A stretch of 33,469 bases of DNA from an uncultured Ruminococcus sp. (GTDB lineage: Bacteria; Bacillota; Clostridia; Oscillospirales; CAG-272): NCBI GenBank assembly GCA_964397225.1, contig CAYNHY010000003.1, forward strand, positions 1 through 33,469, written 5' to 3'. A program made the translations under genes and the position numbers. Under the pieces are notes generated by a model. It saw nothing but the letters and a program-made list of their open reading frames with translations. It had not been told where the DNA came from and ran no database searches. This document shows positions 24,912 to 32,874 of this stretch, one piece after another; the first letter of the stretch is position 1, and every line of letters starts with the position of its first letter.

Positions 24912-25562
24912 TCACGTATTAGCAAGCAGCGTCTCAAAATAGCAGCTTCCGTCCGCTCGTTTTATCGCAAGAGCGAGGTAGCCCTTGCTTTTTTCTCCCA
25001 TAGAGAGCGAAAACTCTATCCTGTAGGTGTTCTCAGTTTCGAGAATCCTGTGTACCGCAAGGTCAAAGCCGCCGTTCACGGGAGCTGTCAGCGGAACGTA
25101 CACGTCGGCGTCCGCGAGGTAGCGGAAGAGCCGTCCGCTCGAGTGTGACAGCTTCACGCTGCCGCCGAAGCTCTCGTACATTGTCGCTTCGAACTCGGAG
25201 GCAGGTATGGCTTCGATAATGTCAAGGTCGGGGTATTCCTCGTTCACCTTGTCGATGAGCGCCGAGTTTCCCGCGTATCTTGCGTAATTTTTGCCGGACA
25301 TGTAATTGAGTACGCTGTCGAAAAAAAGTCCGAACGCCTCGCGTGAGCCCTCGAATTCGGGCAGCTCGATGCTGTCGAGCGTAAGCAGCCCGAGCTTATC
25401 CGTAAGCTCACGGTAGGTCTCGCTGCCTGCCTCGACAACTCCGACGACCTCCTCGTGCGAATAATTCACAGCCTCAGTTGAGACGCACGAAAGGCTTGAC
25501 GGCGCGAGCAGCGCAAGCACGGCAAGGAGCGCCGCGCGGTGTGCTATTCTCATTTTATTCAT
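24912..25562 (-). CDS. Hypothetical exported protein or possible lipoprotein (216 aa), last gene of the folT-folC operon
   Basis: N-terminal signal-like segment MNKMRIAHRAALLAVLALLAPSSLSC; the Cys after the hydrophobic core could be a lipidation site, but the lipobox is non-canonical. Its start overlaps the folC stop (ATGAATAAAATG spans the TAA). No recognisable family. Confidence 0.6.
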   Translation of the reverse strand: MNKMRIAHRAALLAVLALLAPSSLSCVSTEAVNYSHEEVVGVVEAGSETYRELTDKLGLLTLDSIELPEFEGSREAFGLFFDSVLNYMSGKNYARYAGNSALIDKVNEEYPDLDIIEAIPASEFEATMYESFGGSVKLSHSSGRLFRYLADADVYVPLTAPVNGGFDLAVHRILETENTYRIEFSLSMGEKSKGYLALAIKRADGSCYFETLLANT

Positions 25563-26850
25563 GGCAGTCCCCGTTTTCGTCGCAGGTGTAGCGGCTCACG
25601 GCTGCGGACGCCTCGGCGTACATGTACAGCGAGCCGAGGATGATAAGCGGCTCTCCCGTCCGACGCACAGCGTCAATTGCCTCGCGCACGCCGTTCTCCA
25701 CCGTGCCGCTGTTGTGGCTTTCCACTCCGCGCGACGCGAATTCCGCGGCAAGAGAGGCGCTCTCGAGCGCTCGCGGATTATCAGGCTTCACACAGAACAC
25801 ACCCGCAAGCAGAGGTGAGAGCTCGTCGAGCATCGCTTCCCTGTCCTTATCAGCCATAACGCCCATCACCGCAATCGGCGGTCTGTCGAAGAAAAGCTTG
25901 ATATTCTGTGCGGCGGCGAGCACGCCCTCGGGGTTATGTGCGCCGTCGTATATAATTATAGGTTCACTTGCCAAAAGCTCAAAGCGGGCGTGCCACACGG
26001 CGGAGGAAAGCCCGCGCTCGACGGCGCTCTGCGGAATTTCCGTTCCGCTCTCGCGGAGGATATCGACTGCGCGAAGCACGCACGCGGCGTTACGCGTTTG
26101 ATACTTACCGAGCAGCGAGAGCGTGTAGTGCTTTCCGTCGTACTCAAGCTCCGTGCCGCCTGTCGAATATCGGCATGCGCCTATTTTGTCATAGTCGGTT
26201 GTAAAAAATGTCGCTCTCAGCTCACGTGCGCGCTCGGCTATGACGCGTTCGGCTTCCTTTGTCGCCGAGCCGAGCAGGAGTCTGCCGTTTTCCTTGATAA
26301 TTCCCGCCTTTTCCGCGGCTATCTTCTCCACTGTATCGCCGAGAAACGCCGTGTGGTCAAGCGCAATGCCCGTTATCACGGACAGCACAGGCTGCGAGAT
26401 AATATTCGTCGAATCGAGCCGTCCACCCATCCCCGCCTCGAGAAGGACGAAGTCCGGCTGCTTTTCGGCAAAGTACGAAAAGCCGATGGCGGTGATGAGC
26501 TCGAATTCCGTGGGGTGATCGCTCATTGCGTCGGCAACAGGCGCGACGCGCGAGGTGACACGCGCGAGGTCACCGTCGGATATCGGCTCACCGTTGAGCT
26601 GTATCCGCTCATTGAAGCACTTTACATATGGGGAGGTAAACATTCCGACGCTGTAGCCCGCTTCAAGGAGGATGCGCGAGAGCATGGCGCAGAACGAGCC
26701 CTTACCGTTCGTGCCCGCAACGTGAATTATCCGAAGCGAAGCCTGAACGTCGCCGAGTCTTCCGCACAGCTCTCCTATGCGCTCGAGCCCCGGTCGGCTG
26801 CCGAGCCACGATATTGAATGAATGTACTCAACGGCTTCACTGTATGTCAT
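25555..26850 (-). CDS. folC: Folylpolyglutamate synthase / dihydrofolate synthase (431 aa)
   Basis: Mur-ligase-type P-loop HVAGTNGKGS, FTSPYV, and overall FolC layout (MTYSEAVEYIHS...). Confidence 0.9.
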   Translation of the reverse strand: MTYSEAVEYIHSISWLGSRPGLERIGELCGRLGDVQASLRIIHVAGTNGKGSFCAMLSRILLEAGYSVGMFTSPYVKCFNERIQLNGEPISDGDLARVTSRVAPVADAMSDHPTEFELITAIGFSYFAEKQPDFVLLEAGMGGRLDSTNIISQPVLSVITGIALDHTAFLGDTVEKIAAEKAGIIKENGRLLLGSATKEAERVIAERARELRATFFTTDYDKIGACRYSTGGTELEYDGKHYTLSLLGKYQTRNAACVLRAVDILRESGTEIPQSAVERGLSSAVWHARFELLASEPIIIYDGAHNPEGVLAAAQNIKLFFDRPPIAVMGVMADKDREAMLDELSPLLAGVFCVKPDNPRALESASLAAEFASRGVESHNSGTVENGVREAIDAVRRTGEPLIILGSLYMYAEASAAVSRYTCDENGDCHE

Positions 26851-27397
26851 GCTTTTTTACCCCCTTCGGAAGGACGAATTTTTCAACACTGCCGCACAGC
26901 CTGAGCGTTGCGGGGATCAGTATGATATTGAGCGGTATCATGACCGCATATTCGGGAATTCTCATTATAAGGTAGCCCATATAGCTTCGCGAGTCGTACA
27001 GCATCGAGACCCACAGCGTATTCACGAGAAGCCCGAGCACAATGCTGTTGACGGCAGCCGGAATTGCCGCGTGAAGAAATATCCTCGGCGAGTCCGCGCG
27101 CTTTTCGTAGAGGAAGATGCCGTAGGTTGCGCCCATCAGCGCGGCGCAGAGCGTAAAGCCGGGGTGATACTGCCCTATCGGAAACAGATTAGCTCCGAGA
27201 AAGTCGGCAAGCGCGTAGACCGCGGCAGCGCTGAGCGGTCCGAACAGATTGGCGGCAACCACTATCGGCACAAAGCCGAAGCCGAGCTTCAAAAATTGCG
27301 TATTCACCGAGCAGAAGCGGTTGAGCACGACCTCGAGCGCAACAAGCATGGCGAGGGTCGAAATGCGGGCGGCACGGTTTTTGTGATTTGTCCTCAT
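26837..27397 (-). CDS. folT: Folate ECF transporter S component (186 aa)
   Basis: Small ~6-TM protein (RISTLAMLVALEVVLNRF...GFGFVPIVVAANLFGP) directly behind a THF riboswitch and overlapping folC by 14 nt. AAGGAG RBS. Confidence 0.8.
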   Translation of the reverse strand: MRTNHKNRAARISTLAMLVALEVVLNRFCSVNTQFLKLGFGFVPIVVAANLFGPLSAAAVYALADFLGANLFPIGQYHPGFTLCAALMGATYGIFLYEKRADSPRIFLHAAIPAAVNSIVLGLLVNTLWVSMLYDSRSYMGYLIMRIPEYAVMIPLNIILIPATLRLCGSVEKFVLPKGVKKHDIQ

Positions 27398-27534
27398 TAT
27401 TTCTCCTTTCGGTCATGTGACCGCGTGAAAATTACATATCAAAGTCACCGCCTGCCGAGAAGAAGGCAAAAGCCTCCCGCGAGAGCACAGCGGTGCATAC
27501 CGCCGAAGCATTCACGGGAGGTGTCGCTCCGATA

Positions 27535-27636
27535 CAGCGGGATGCAGTCGGCACACCGCAGAGCCCGAGGGCTCTTTCGTCTGTCGGGCAACTCCCCGTC
27601 CCGACAGCACTTCACGCGCGCCGACCTACTCTGTCA
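27535..27636 (-). ncRNA. THF (tetrahydrofolate) riboswitch, followed by a putative terminator stem at ~27466-27530
   Basis: The minus strand reads CAGAGUAGGUCGGCGCGCGUGAAGUGCUGUCGGGACGGGGAGUUGCCCGACAGACGAAAGAGCCCUCGGGCUCUGCGGUGUGCCGACUGCAUCCCGCUG. This carries the conserved THF/folT-motif blocks AGAGUAG, CGCGU.AAGUG, GGGA, ACGAA, GCGGUG and UGCAUCCGCU-like. Downstream, CCUCCCG...CGGGAGGCUUUUG forms a terminator-like stem. Confidence 0.8.
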
Positions 27637-27649
27637 GCTATTTGATTGC

Positions 27650-28597
27650 TTATACGTCGAAGGGCTCGGCTCCGCTCATCTGAAGGAGCTTCTTGTTGAA
27701 CTCCTCTGCCGTGTTGTAGCCCATCTTCTTCTGTCTGTGGTTCATTGCGGCTATCTCGACGATAACCGCAAGGTTTCGACCCGGCTTTACGGGAATGACT
27801 ATCGAGGGTATCTTGATGCCCATGATCTCCGTGTACTCGTTGTCAAGTCCGAAGCGGTCGTACATCTTTCCTTCCTGCCAGGGCTCAAGGTTGATGATAA
27901 GGTCGATCTTCTCTGACGCCTTGACCGAGCCCATACCGAATATCCGTCTGACATCGACAATGCCGATGCCGCGAAGCTCAATATAATATTTGATAAGGTC
28001 GGGGGCTGTGCCGACGATGGTCTTCGCGGACACCTTACGAAGCTCGACCGCGTCGTCCGCAATGAAGCGGTGGCCGCGCTTTATAAGCTCGATTGCAGTC
28101 TCGCTCTTTCCGACTCCGCTGTCTCCGAGGATCAGCGTGCCCTCGCCGTAAACCTCTACGAATACGCCGTGGCGTGTGATCTGCGGCGCAAGCTGCACAT
28201 TGAGAAACGCGATGAGCGCGGCTATAAACTCACTTGTGTTCGCCGCCGTGAAGAACACCGGTACGCCGAAGTACTCGGCAAGCTCAAGAGAAGCCTCCGT
28301 CGGGAGGTTACCGTGCGTATACACGACCGCCACGGGGTGGCAGCTGAAGAACGCCGCAAGGCGCTCGCGCATTACGTCCTCGTCAAGCTCACGCAGATAC
28401 ACGGTCTCAGCATTTCCGATTATCTGAATACGGTTCTCGTCGAACTCCTTGCTGAAGCCCGCAAGCCTGAGACCGGGACGGTTTACCTCCATTGAAACGA
28501 CGTTGATATCCTCGCCGCCCTCGGGAAGATAAGCCGCCTCGAGCTTGAACTCCTCCATCACGCGCTTGAGATTGACTCTTCCGTTCATATCATCCAT
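27650..28597 (-). CDS. hprK: HPr kinase/phosphorylase (~315 aa)
   Basis: Walker A GDSGVGKSETA, and the signature IELRGIGIVDVRRIFG. I prefer the ATG at 28597 (MDDMNGRVNL), which lies 6 nt after GGAGG (28604-28608), over the track's GTG at 28615. Confidence 0.9.
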   Translation of the reverse strand: MDDMNGRVNLKRVMEEFKLEAAYLPEGGEDINVVSMEVNRPGLRLAGFSKEFDENRIQIIGNAETVYLRELDEDVMRERLAAFFSCHPVAVVYTHGNLPTEASLELAEYFGVPVFFTAANTSEFIAALIAFLNVQLAPQITRHGVFVEVYGEGTLILGDSGVGKSETAIELIKRGHRFIADDAVELRKVSAKTIVGTAPDLIKYYIELRGIGIVDVRRIFGMGSVKASEKIDLIINLEPWQEGKMYDRFGLDNEYTEIMGIKIPSIVIPVKPGRNLAVIVEIAAMNHRQKKMGYNTAEEFNKKLLQMSGAEPFDV

Positions 28598-28630
28598 AAA
28601 AAGCCTCCGTTTCACCGCAAAAGGTGCGGC

Positions 28631-30007
28631 TTATTCCTCTGCCTCCGCGTCCTCCGCCTCGGCAACCTTAAGCATAACGGCGCACTCCATTCTGTGCTTG
28701 AACAGGCGGCAGCCGTATTCGTAGACGCCGTCTATCCTGCCCGTCGCGTGATATGCGTTTGCGGCACAGCCGCCGGAGCAGTAGTACTTCGCCCAGCAGT
28801 CCCGACATTCGGGATGTGAAAATACATTGCAGCGACGGAACGTGTCGCAGATATCCGTGCGGCGCACTCCGTCGAACACGTTTCCGAGAGAAAACGACGG
28901 GTCGTTTACAAACTGGTGGCACGGGAACAGCTCGCCTGTAGGTGTTACCGCCATATACTCGCTGCCCGAGCCGCAGCCGGATATTCTCTTATGAATGCAC
29001 GGACCGTGTTCAAGGTCTATCATGTAATGATAGAAGGTTATCGGGCGTCCCTCGCGGCGTCGGCGAAGCATCTCGCGCGCAAGCAGGTCGTACTGCTCGC
29101 AGAGGATGGGATAATCCTCCTCGGTAAGTGCATAGGGGTCGCCGGGCTCGCACACCACAGGCTCCATGCTCAGCTCCGTGAATCCGAGGTCTGCCATGTG
29201 AAGCACGTCCTCGGCGAAATCGGTATTGTAATGCGTAAAGGTGCCGCGCATGTAGTAATCCTTACCGTTGCGGCTGTCGACGAGCTTCTTGAAGAGCGGA
29301 ACTATTCTCTCGTAGCTTCCCTCTCCCTTATAGGTCTTGCGAAGCCTGTCGTGTACGTGCTGTCTGCCGTCGAGGCTGAGCACGACATTGTGCATCTCGC
29401 GATTTGCGAAATCTATCACGTCATCGTCGATGAGCATTCCGTTGGTCGTAAGAGTAAAGCGGAAGCACTTGCCTGTCGCCTCCTCGATGCTTCGCGCGTA
29501 GCGGACGGTGCTCTTGACCACATCAAGATTCATCAGCGGCTCGCCGCCGAAGAAGTCGACCTCAAGATTACGTCTGTCGCCCGAGTTTTCGACAAGGAAA
29601 TCTATCGCGCGGTGTGCGACCCTTTCGCTCATTATAGCCTCGCTGCCGTGGTACTTGCCCTGTCCGGCAAAGCAATACGAGCAGTTGAGGTTGCAGGTGT
29701 GGGCAACGTGCAGACAAAGCGCCTTTATTACATTGCCGCCGCGTTTCATGACCTCGACATTCTCATACGTGTCCTCGCTGAAAAGGCGTCCGTCGTCGCG
29801 AAGTGCCCTGATATCCTCAAGACATTCCTCGACCTCGCTGCGCTCGACACTGTGTTTCTCGGTCAAGGTCGAGATGATGCTCTCCGCGTCGTGCGACTCA
29901 AACATCGATATTGCGTCATAGGCGAGCTCGTCCACGCTGAAGACGGAACCGCTTGCCATATCGAGCACGATATTGTAGCCGTTATTTTTGAACTGATGTA
30001 TCATCAT
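28631..30007 (-). CDS. Radical SAM/SPASM thioether-forming SCIFF peptide maturase (458 aa)
   Basis: CNLNCSYC (a CX3CX2C motif), a C-terminal SPASM Cys cluster (CGSGSEY..., CRDCWAKYYCSGGCAANA), and the N-terminus MMIHQFKNNGYNIVLDMASGSVFSVDE typical of SCIFF maturases. It sits immediately downstream of a SCIFF precursor. Confidence 0.9.
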   Translation of the reverse strand: MMIHQFKNNGYNIVLDMASGSVFSVDELAYDAISMFESHDAESIISTLTEKHSVERSEVEECLEDIRALRDDGRLFSEDTYENVEVMKRGGNVIKALCLHVAHTCNLNCSYCFAGQGKYHGSEAIMSERVAHRAIDFLVENSGDRRNLEVDFFGGEPLMNLDVVKSTVRYARSIEEATGKCFRFTLTTNGMLIDDDVIDFANREMHNVVLSLDGRQHVHDRLRKTYKGEGSYERIVPLFKKLVDSRNGKDYYMRGTFTHYNTDFAEDVLHMADLGFTELSMEPVVCEPGDPYALTEEDYPILCEQYDLLAREMLRRRREGRPITFYHYMIDLEHGPCIHKRISGCGSGSEYMAVTPTGELFPCHQFVNDPSFSLGNVFDGVRRTDICDTFRRCNVFSHPECRDCWAKYYCSGGCAANAYHATGRIDGVYEYGCRLFKHRMECAVMLKVAEAEDAEAEE

Positions 30008-30036
30008 ATACTCCGTGCGTTAATAAAATGTGATTA

Positions 30037-30078
30037 AAAGTGAAAACCGCTGTTTGCGCGGGTCGCGGCAAACAGCGG
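30037..30078 (-). terminator. Intercistronic stem-loop with U-rich tail between the SCIFF precursor and its maturase (partial terminator/attenuator)
   Basis: The minus strand reads ccgctgtttgc-(10 nt)-gcaaacagcgg followed by TTTTCACTTTT. The 11-bp perfect stem is at 30047-30078. Confidence 0.65.
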
Positions 30079-30092
30079 GTAGACACGGCAAA

Positions 30093-30239
30093 TTAGTCCT
30101 TCTTGCTCTCGCACTTCTGGTTAGCAACACCGCAGGAGGTCTTGCAAGCAGACTGGCAGGAGGTCTGACACTCACCGCAACCGCCGCAAGCGGCACTTGC
30201 CTTGAGGTCACGTGTCTTGATGGTCTTGATTCTCTTCAT
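30093..30239 (-). CDS. SCIFF (six cysteines in forty-five residues) ribosomal peptide precursor, 48 aa
   Basis: Not in the ORF track because it is under 60 aa. Reverse translation gives MKRIKTIKTRDLKASAACGGCGECQTSCQSACKTSCGVANQKCESKKD*. This is the characteristic GGCGECQTSCQSACKTSC core. The listed ORFs 30020..30211 (-) and 30030..30386 (+) are wrong frames of this locus. Confidence 0.9.
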   Translation of the reverse strand: MKRIKTIKTRDLKASAACGGCGECQTSCQSACKTSCGVANQKCESKKD

Positions 30240-30283
30240 AGCCGTAGTTCCTTTCATAGGTTTGAAATTCACTTTTCATTAAA

Positions 30284-30312
30284 ATTATACCACAGTAGCG
30301 CGGCAGTGTCAA
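30284..30312 (-). promoter_or_regulatory. Consensus sigma-70 promoter for the SCIFF operon
   Basis: The minus strand reads TTGACA-N17-TATAAT with TGTGG upstream of the -10. The -35 sits inside a 7-bp inverted repeat, GCAGTGT-ATTG-ACACTGC. Confidence 0.7.
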
Positions 30313-30382
30313 TACACTGCGCCGATTTTTTGCCCGCGCTCCGGACGTTTGAAATTTTTTCAAAAAAATTTGCGATGAGCTA

Positions 30383-30411
30383 TTGACAAAGCCCTGTTGC
30401 GGTAGTATAAT
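30383..30411 (+). promoter_or_regulatory. Consensus sigma-70 promoter for the feo operon
   Basis: TTGACA (30383-30388)-N17-TATAAT (30406-30411). Confidence 0.75.
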
Positions 30412-30415
30412 TACG

Positions 30416-30437
30416 ATAGTTAGCTAAAGCTAACCTT
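30416..30437. promoter_or_regulatory. Palindromic operator candidate at the feo transcription start (GTTAGCT-AA-AGCTAAC)
   Basis: atagTTAGCTAAAGCTAACCTTt lies 5-8 nt downstream of the -10. It shares the core GTTAGCTnnAGCTAACCTT with the 30751-30782 palindrome. The half-sites resemble DtxR/IdeR-type iron boxes (AGGTTAGC / GCTAACCT). Confidence 0.55.
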
Positions 30438-30494
30438 TTCGTGCATCATAAAGCTCATGGTAGCACAGACAATAAACGATCGGAGGACTTATCC

Positions 30495-30707
30495 ATGACA
30501 CTGAACGAAGCCATTGAAGGCACCGAATACATCATCAAGGATATCAAGACCGACGACGAGGAGCTCAACTCCTTCCTTTTCTCTCTCGGTTGCTATAGCG
30601 GAGAGGCGATAACCGTTGTCGCTCGCCGTCGCGGTGGCTGCGTTGTTTCCATTAAGGATGCAAGATACAGCATCGACAACCAGCTCGCAGGCGCGATAAT
30701 CATCTGA
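30495..30707 (+). CDS. feoA: FeoA family ferrous-iron transport protein (70 aa)
   Basis: MTLNEAIEGTEYIIKDIKTDDEELNSFLFSLGCYSGEAITVVARRRGGCVVSIKDARYSIDNQLAGAIII, an SH3-like FeoA pattern. GGAGGA RBS 6 nt upstream of the ATG at 30495. Confidence 0.85.
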   Translation: MTLNEAIEGTEYIIKDIKTDDEELNSFLFSLGCYSGEAITVVARRRGGCVVSIKDARYSIDNQLAGAIII

Positions 30708-30718
30708 GAAGTTATTTT

Positions 30719-30744
30719 TCGACCGAACAGCGCTGTTCGGTCGA
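30719..30744. promoter_or_regulatory. Perfect 26-bp palindrome in the feoA-feoB spacer
   Basis: TCGACCGAACAG-CG-CTGTTCGGTCGA. It is preceded by T5 and has no downstream T-run, so it is not a canonical + strand terminator. Confidence 0.5.
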
Positions 30745-30750
30745 GCTTCC

Positions 30751-30782
30751 GGAACAAGGTTAGCTGTAGCTAACCTTGTTCC
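30751..30782. promoter_or_regulatory. Perfect 15+2+15 palindrome in the feoA-feoB spacer carrying the same core as the promoter-proximal operator
   Basis: GGAACAAGGTTAGCT-GT-AGCTAACCTTGTTCC. Confidence 0.55.
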
Positions 30783-30844
30783 CCACAACGCACCACTATC
30801 CGAAAGGATACATATATAAAACCACACCGCAGGAGGATATCTGT

Positions 30845-32842
30845 ATGAGAATTGCTTTGGCAGGCAACCCCAACTCAGGTAAGACCACCATGTACAACGC
30901 CCTCACGGGACGTAACGAGAAGGTCGGCAACTGGGCGGGCGTCACCGTAGCAAAAAAGGAACACCCAATTAAGAAGGCTTACGCGGGAAGTGACAGGCTC
31001 ATAGCCGTCGACCTTCCGGGAGCATACTCCATGTCGCCGTTCACGAGCGAGGAGAGCGTTACAAGCTCCTATGTAAAGGGCGAGAATCCCGACGTCATCA
31101 TCAACATCGTTGACGCGTCGAACCTCAGCCGAAGCCTTTTCTTCACGACTCAGCTGCTCGAGCTCGGGATTCCCGTTGTAGTCGCGCTTAACAAGAGCGA
31201 TATCAATAAGAAGAAGGACACACGCATCGACGTAAAGGCTCTCGAGGAAAAGCTCAGCTGCCCCGTTATCAACACCGTATCCACCTCATCCGAGGGTCTG
31301 AAGGCGGTCGTTCAGGCAGCTGCCGCAAGCCGGGGCAGAGTCCAGCCTGCTCCCTACTCAGAGGGAGACGTTGACCTCACGAGCAAGGAAGCTGTAGCCG
31401 AGGCCGATCGCAGGAGATTCGACTTCGTTAAAGGCATCGTGTCCGAGGTTGAAACACGTAAGGTGCTTACAAAGGATAAGAACATCGGTGACAAGATCGA
31501 TGACGTGCTTACGAACAAGTGGCTCGGAATCCCGATCTTCGCTGTCGTAATGTTCCTCGTATTCCAGATCTCGCAGGTCTGGGTCGGCGCACCCATTGCC
31601 GATTTTCTCACAGGGCTGCTTGAAAGCTTCCAGGAGTGGGTCGGCGAGCTTCTTGTCGACGCGCACCCGATCATTTCGGCAATTCTTGTCGACGGTATCA
31701 TCGGCGGTGTTTCCGCGGTCGTCGGATTTTTGCCGCTCGTTATGGTCATGTACTTCCTCATCGCGCTGCTTGAGGACTGTGGCTACATGTCCCGTGTTGC
31801 TGTCGTTCTCGACCCGATCTTCAAGAGGGTCGGTCTCTCCGGTAAATCCGTAATTCCCTTCGTTATCACCGTCGGCTGCGCCGTTCCCGGCGTCATGGCA
31901 AGCCGTACCATCCGCAACGAGCGTGAGAGACGCGCAACAGCAATGCTCGCTCCCTTCATGCCCTGCGGCGCGAAGATTCCTGTTATTTCTCTTTTTGCAG
32001 GTGCATTCTTCGATAAAGCTGGCTGGGTCAGCACGCTCATGTACCTCTCCGGTATCATCCTTATTTTCCTCGGCGCGCTTCTTGTCAACCGCATTGCGGG
32101 CTACAAGGCAAGAAAGTCGATGTTCATCATCGAGCTTCCCGAGTACAAGGTTCCCTCCTTCTGGGGCGCCTTCAAGTCGATGTGCTCCCGCGGCTGGGCT
32201 TACATCGTAAAGGCAGCTACGATCATCCTCCTTTGCAACATGGCAGTCCAGATCATGCAGACCTTCACCTGGAGCTTCAGCGTCGCAGAAAACGCGGACT
32301 CCTCCATTCTCGCCTCCATCGCTTCTCCCTTTGCTTACCTTATCTACCCCATCGTCGGTGTGCTCTCCTGGCAGCTCGCGGCAGCGGCTATCACGGGCTT
32401 CATCGCGAAGGAGAACGTTGTAGGTACGCTTGCGGTTTGCTTTGTGGGACTTGATACCCTCATCGACATGGATGAGCTCGCAATGCTGGAGGGCACAGGC
32501 TACGAGGTTGCCGGAATCATCGCCATCACCAAGGTCGCAGCTCTTGCTTACCTTATGTTCAACCTTTACACACCCCCGTGCTTCGCGGCTATCGGCGCCA
32601 TGAACTCCGAGATGAAGAGCGGCAAGTGGCTCTGGGGCGGTATCGGCCTCCAGCTCGGAACAGGCTTCACCGTTGCATACCTTGTTTACACTATCGGAAC
32701 TCTCATCACCGCTCCCGCATCCCTTAACATCGCAGGTGCGCTCGGCGGTCTCGCGGCGGTTCTTGTAATGGTCGGAATCGTGATAGCTCTCATCCGCAAC
32801 ACGGATAAGCATCTCGCGGAAGAATACGCGCTCAAGAACTGA
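30845..32842 (+). CDS. feoB: Ferrous iron transporter FeoB (665 aa)
   Basis: I place the start at the ATG at 30845 (MRIALAGNPNSGKTTMYNALTG), 8 nt after AGGAGG (30831-30836). G-domain motifs are present (DLPG, NKSD), followed by a polytopic permease domain. Confidence 0.92.
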   Translation: MRIALAGNPNSGKTTMYNALTGRNEKVGNWAGVTVAKKEHPIKKAYAGSDRLIAVDLPGAYSMSPFTSEESVTSSYVKGENPDVIINIVDASNLSRSLFFTTQLLELGIPVVVALNKSDINKKKDTRIDVKALEEKLSCPVINTVSTSSEGLKAVVQAAAASRGRVQPAPYSEGDVDLTSKEAVAEADRRRFDFVKGIVSEVETRKVLTKDKNIGDKIDDVLTNKWLGIPIFAVVMFLVFQISQVWVGAPIADFLTGLLESFQEWVGELLVDAHPIISAILVDGIIGGVSAVVGFLPLVMVMYFLIALLEDCGYMSRVAVVLDPIFKRVGLSGKSVIPFVITVGCAVPGVMASRTIRNERERRATAMLAPFMPCGAKIPVISLFAGAFFDKAGWVSTLMYLSGIILIFLGALLVNRIAGYKARKSMFIIELPEYKVPSFWGAFKSMCSRGWAYIVKAATIILLCNMAVQIMQTFTWSFSVAENADSSILASIASPFAYLIYPIVGVLSWQLAAAAITGFIAKENVVGTLAVCFVGLDTLIDMDELAMLEGTGYEVAGIIAITKVAALAYLMFNLYTPPCFAAIGAMNSEMKSGKWLWGGIGLQLGTGFTVAYLVYTIGTLITAPASLNIAGALGGLAAVLVMVGIVIALIRNTDKHLAEEYALKN

Positions 32843-32874
32843 CAAACATTTCACAGTAAAGGAGGCCTCAACAT

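Noticed and set aside
25936-27916. Plus-strand ORFs 25936..26817 (293 aa) and 26822..27916 (364 aa)
   Set aside because: They are antisense to folC, folT, the THF riboswitch and the hprK 3' end, and their translations are Arg-rich with no family resemblance.
28916-30037. 373-aa plus-strand ORF
   Set aside because: Antisense to the radical-SAM SCIFF maturase (CX3CX2C and SPASM motifs are on the minus strand).
30020-30386. Track ORFs 30020..30211 (-) and 30030..30386 (+) over the SCIFF locus
   Set aside because: They are wrong frames or the wrong strand. The 48-aa frame at 30093..30239 (-) gives the canonical SCIFF sequence, with an RBS and a promoter.
30383-30440. Fur box at the feo promoter
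   Set aside because: There is no match to the 19-bp Fur consensus (GATAATGATAATCATTATC) or to its 7-1-7 core. The palindrome present is GTTAGCT-NN-AGCTAAC, which is closer to DtxR/IdeR-type sites.
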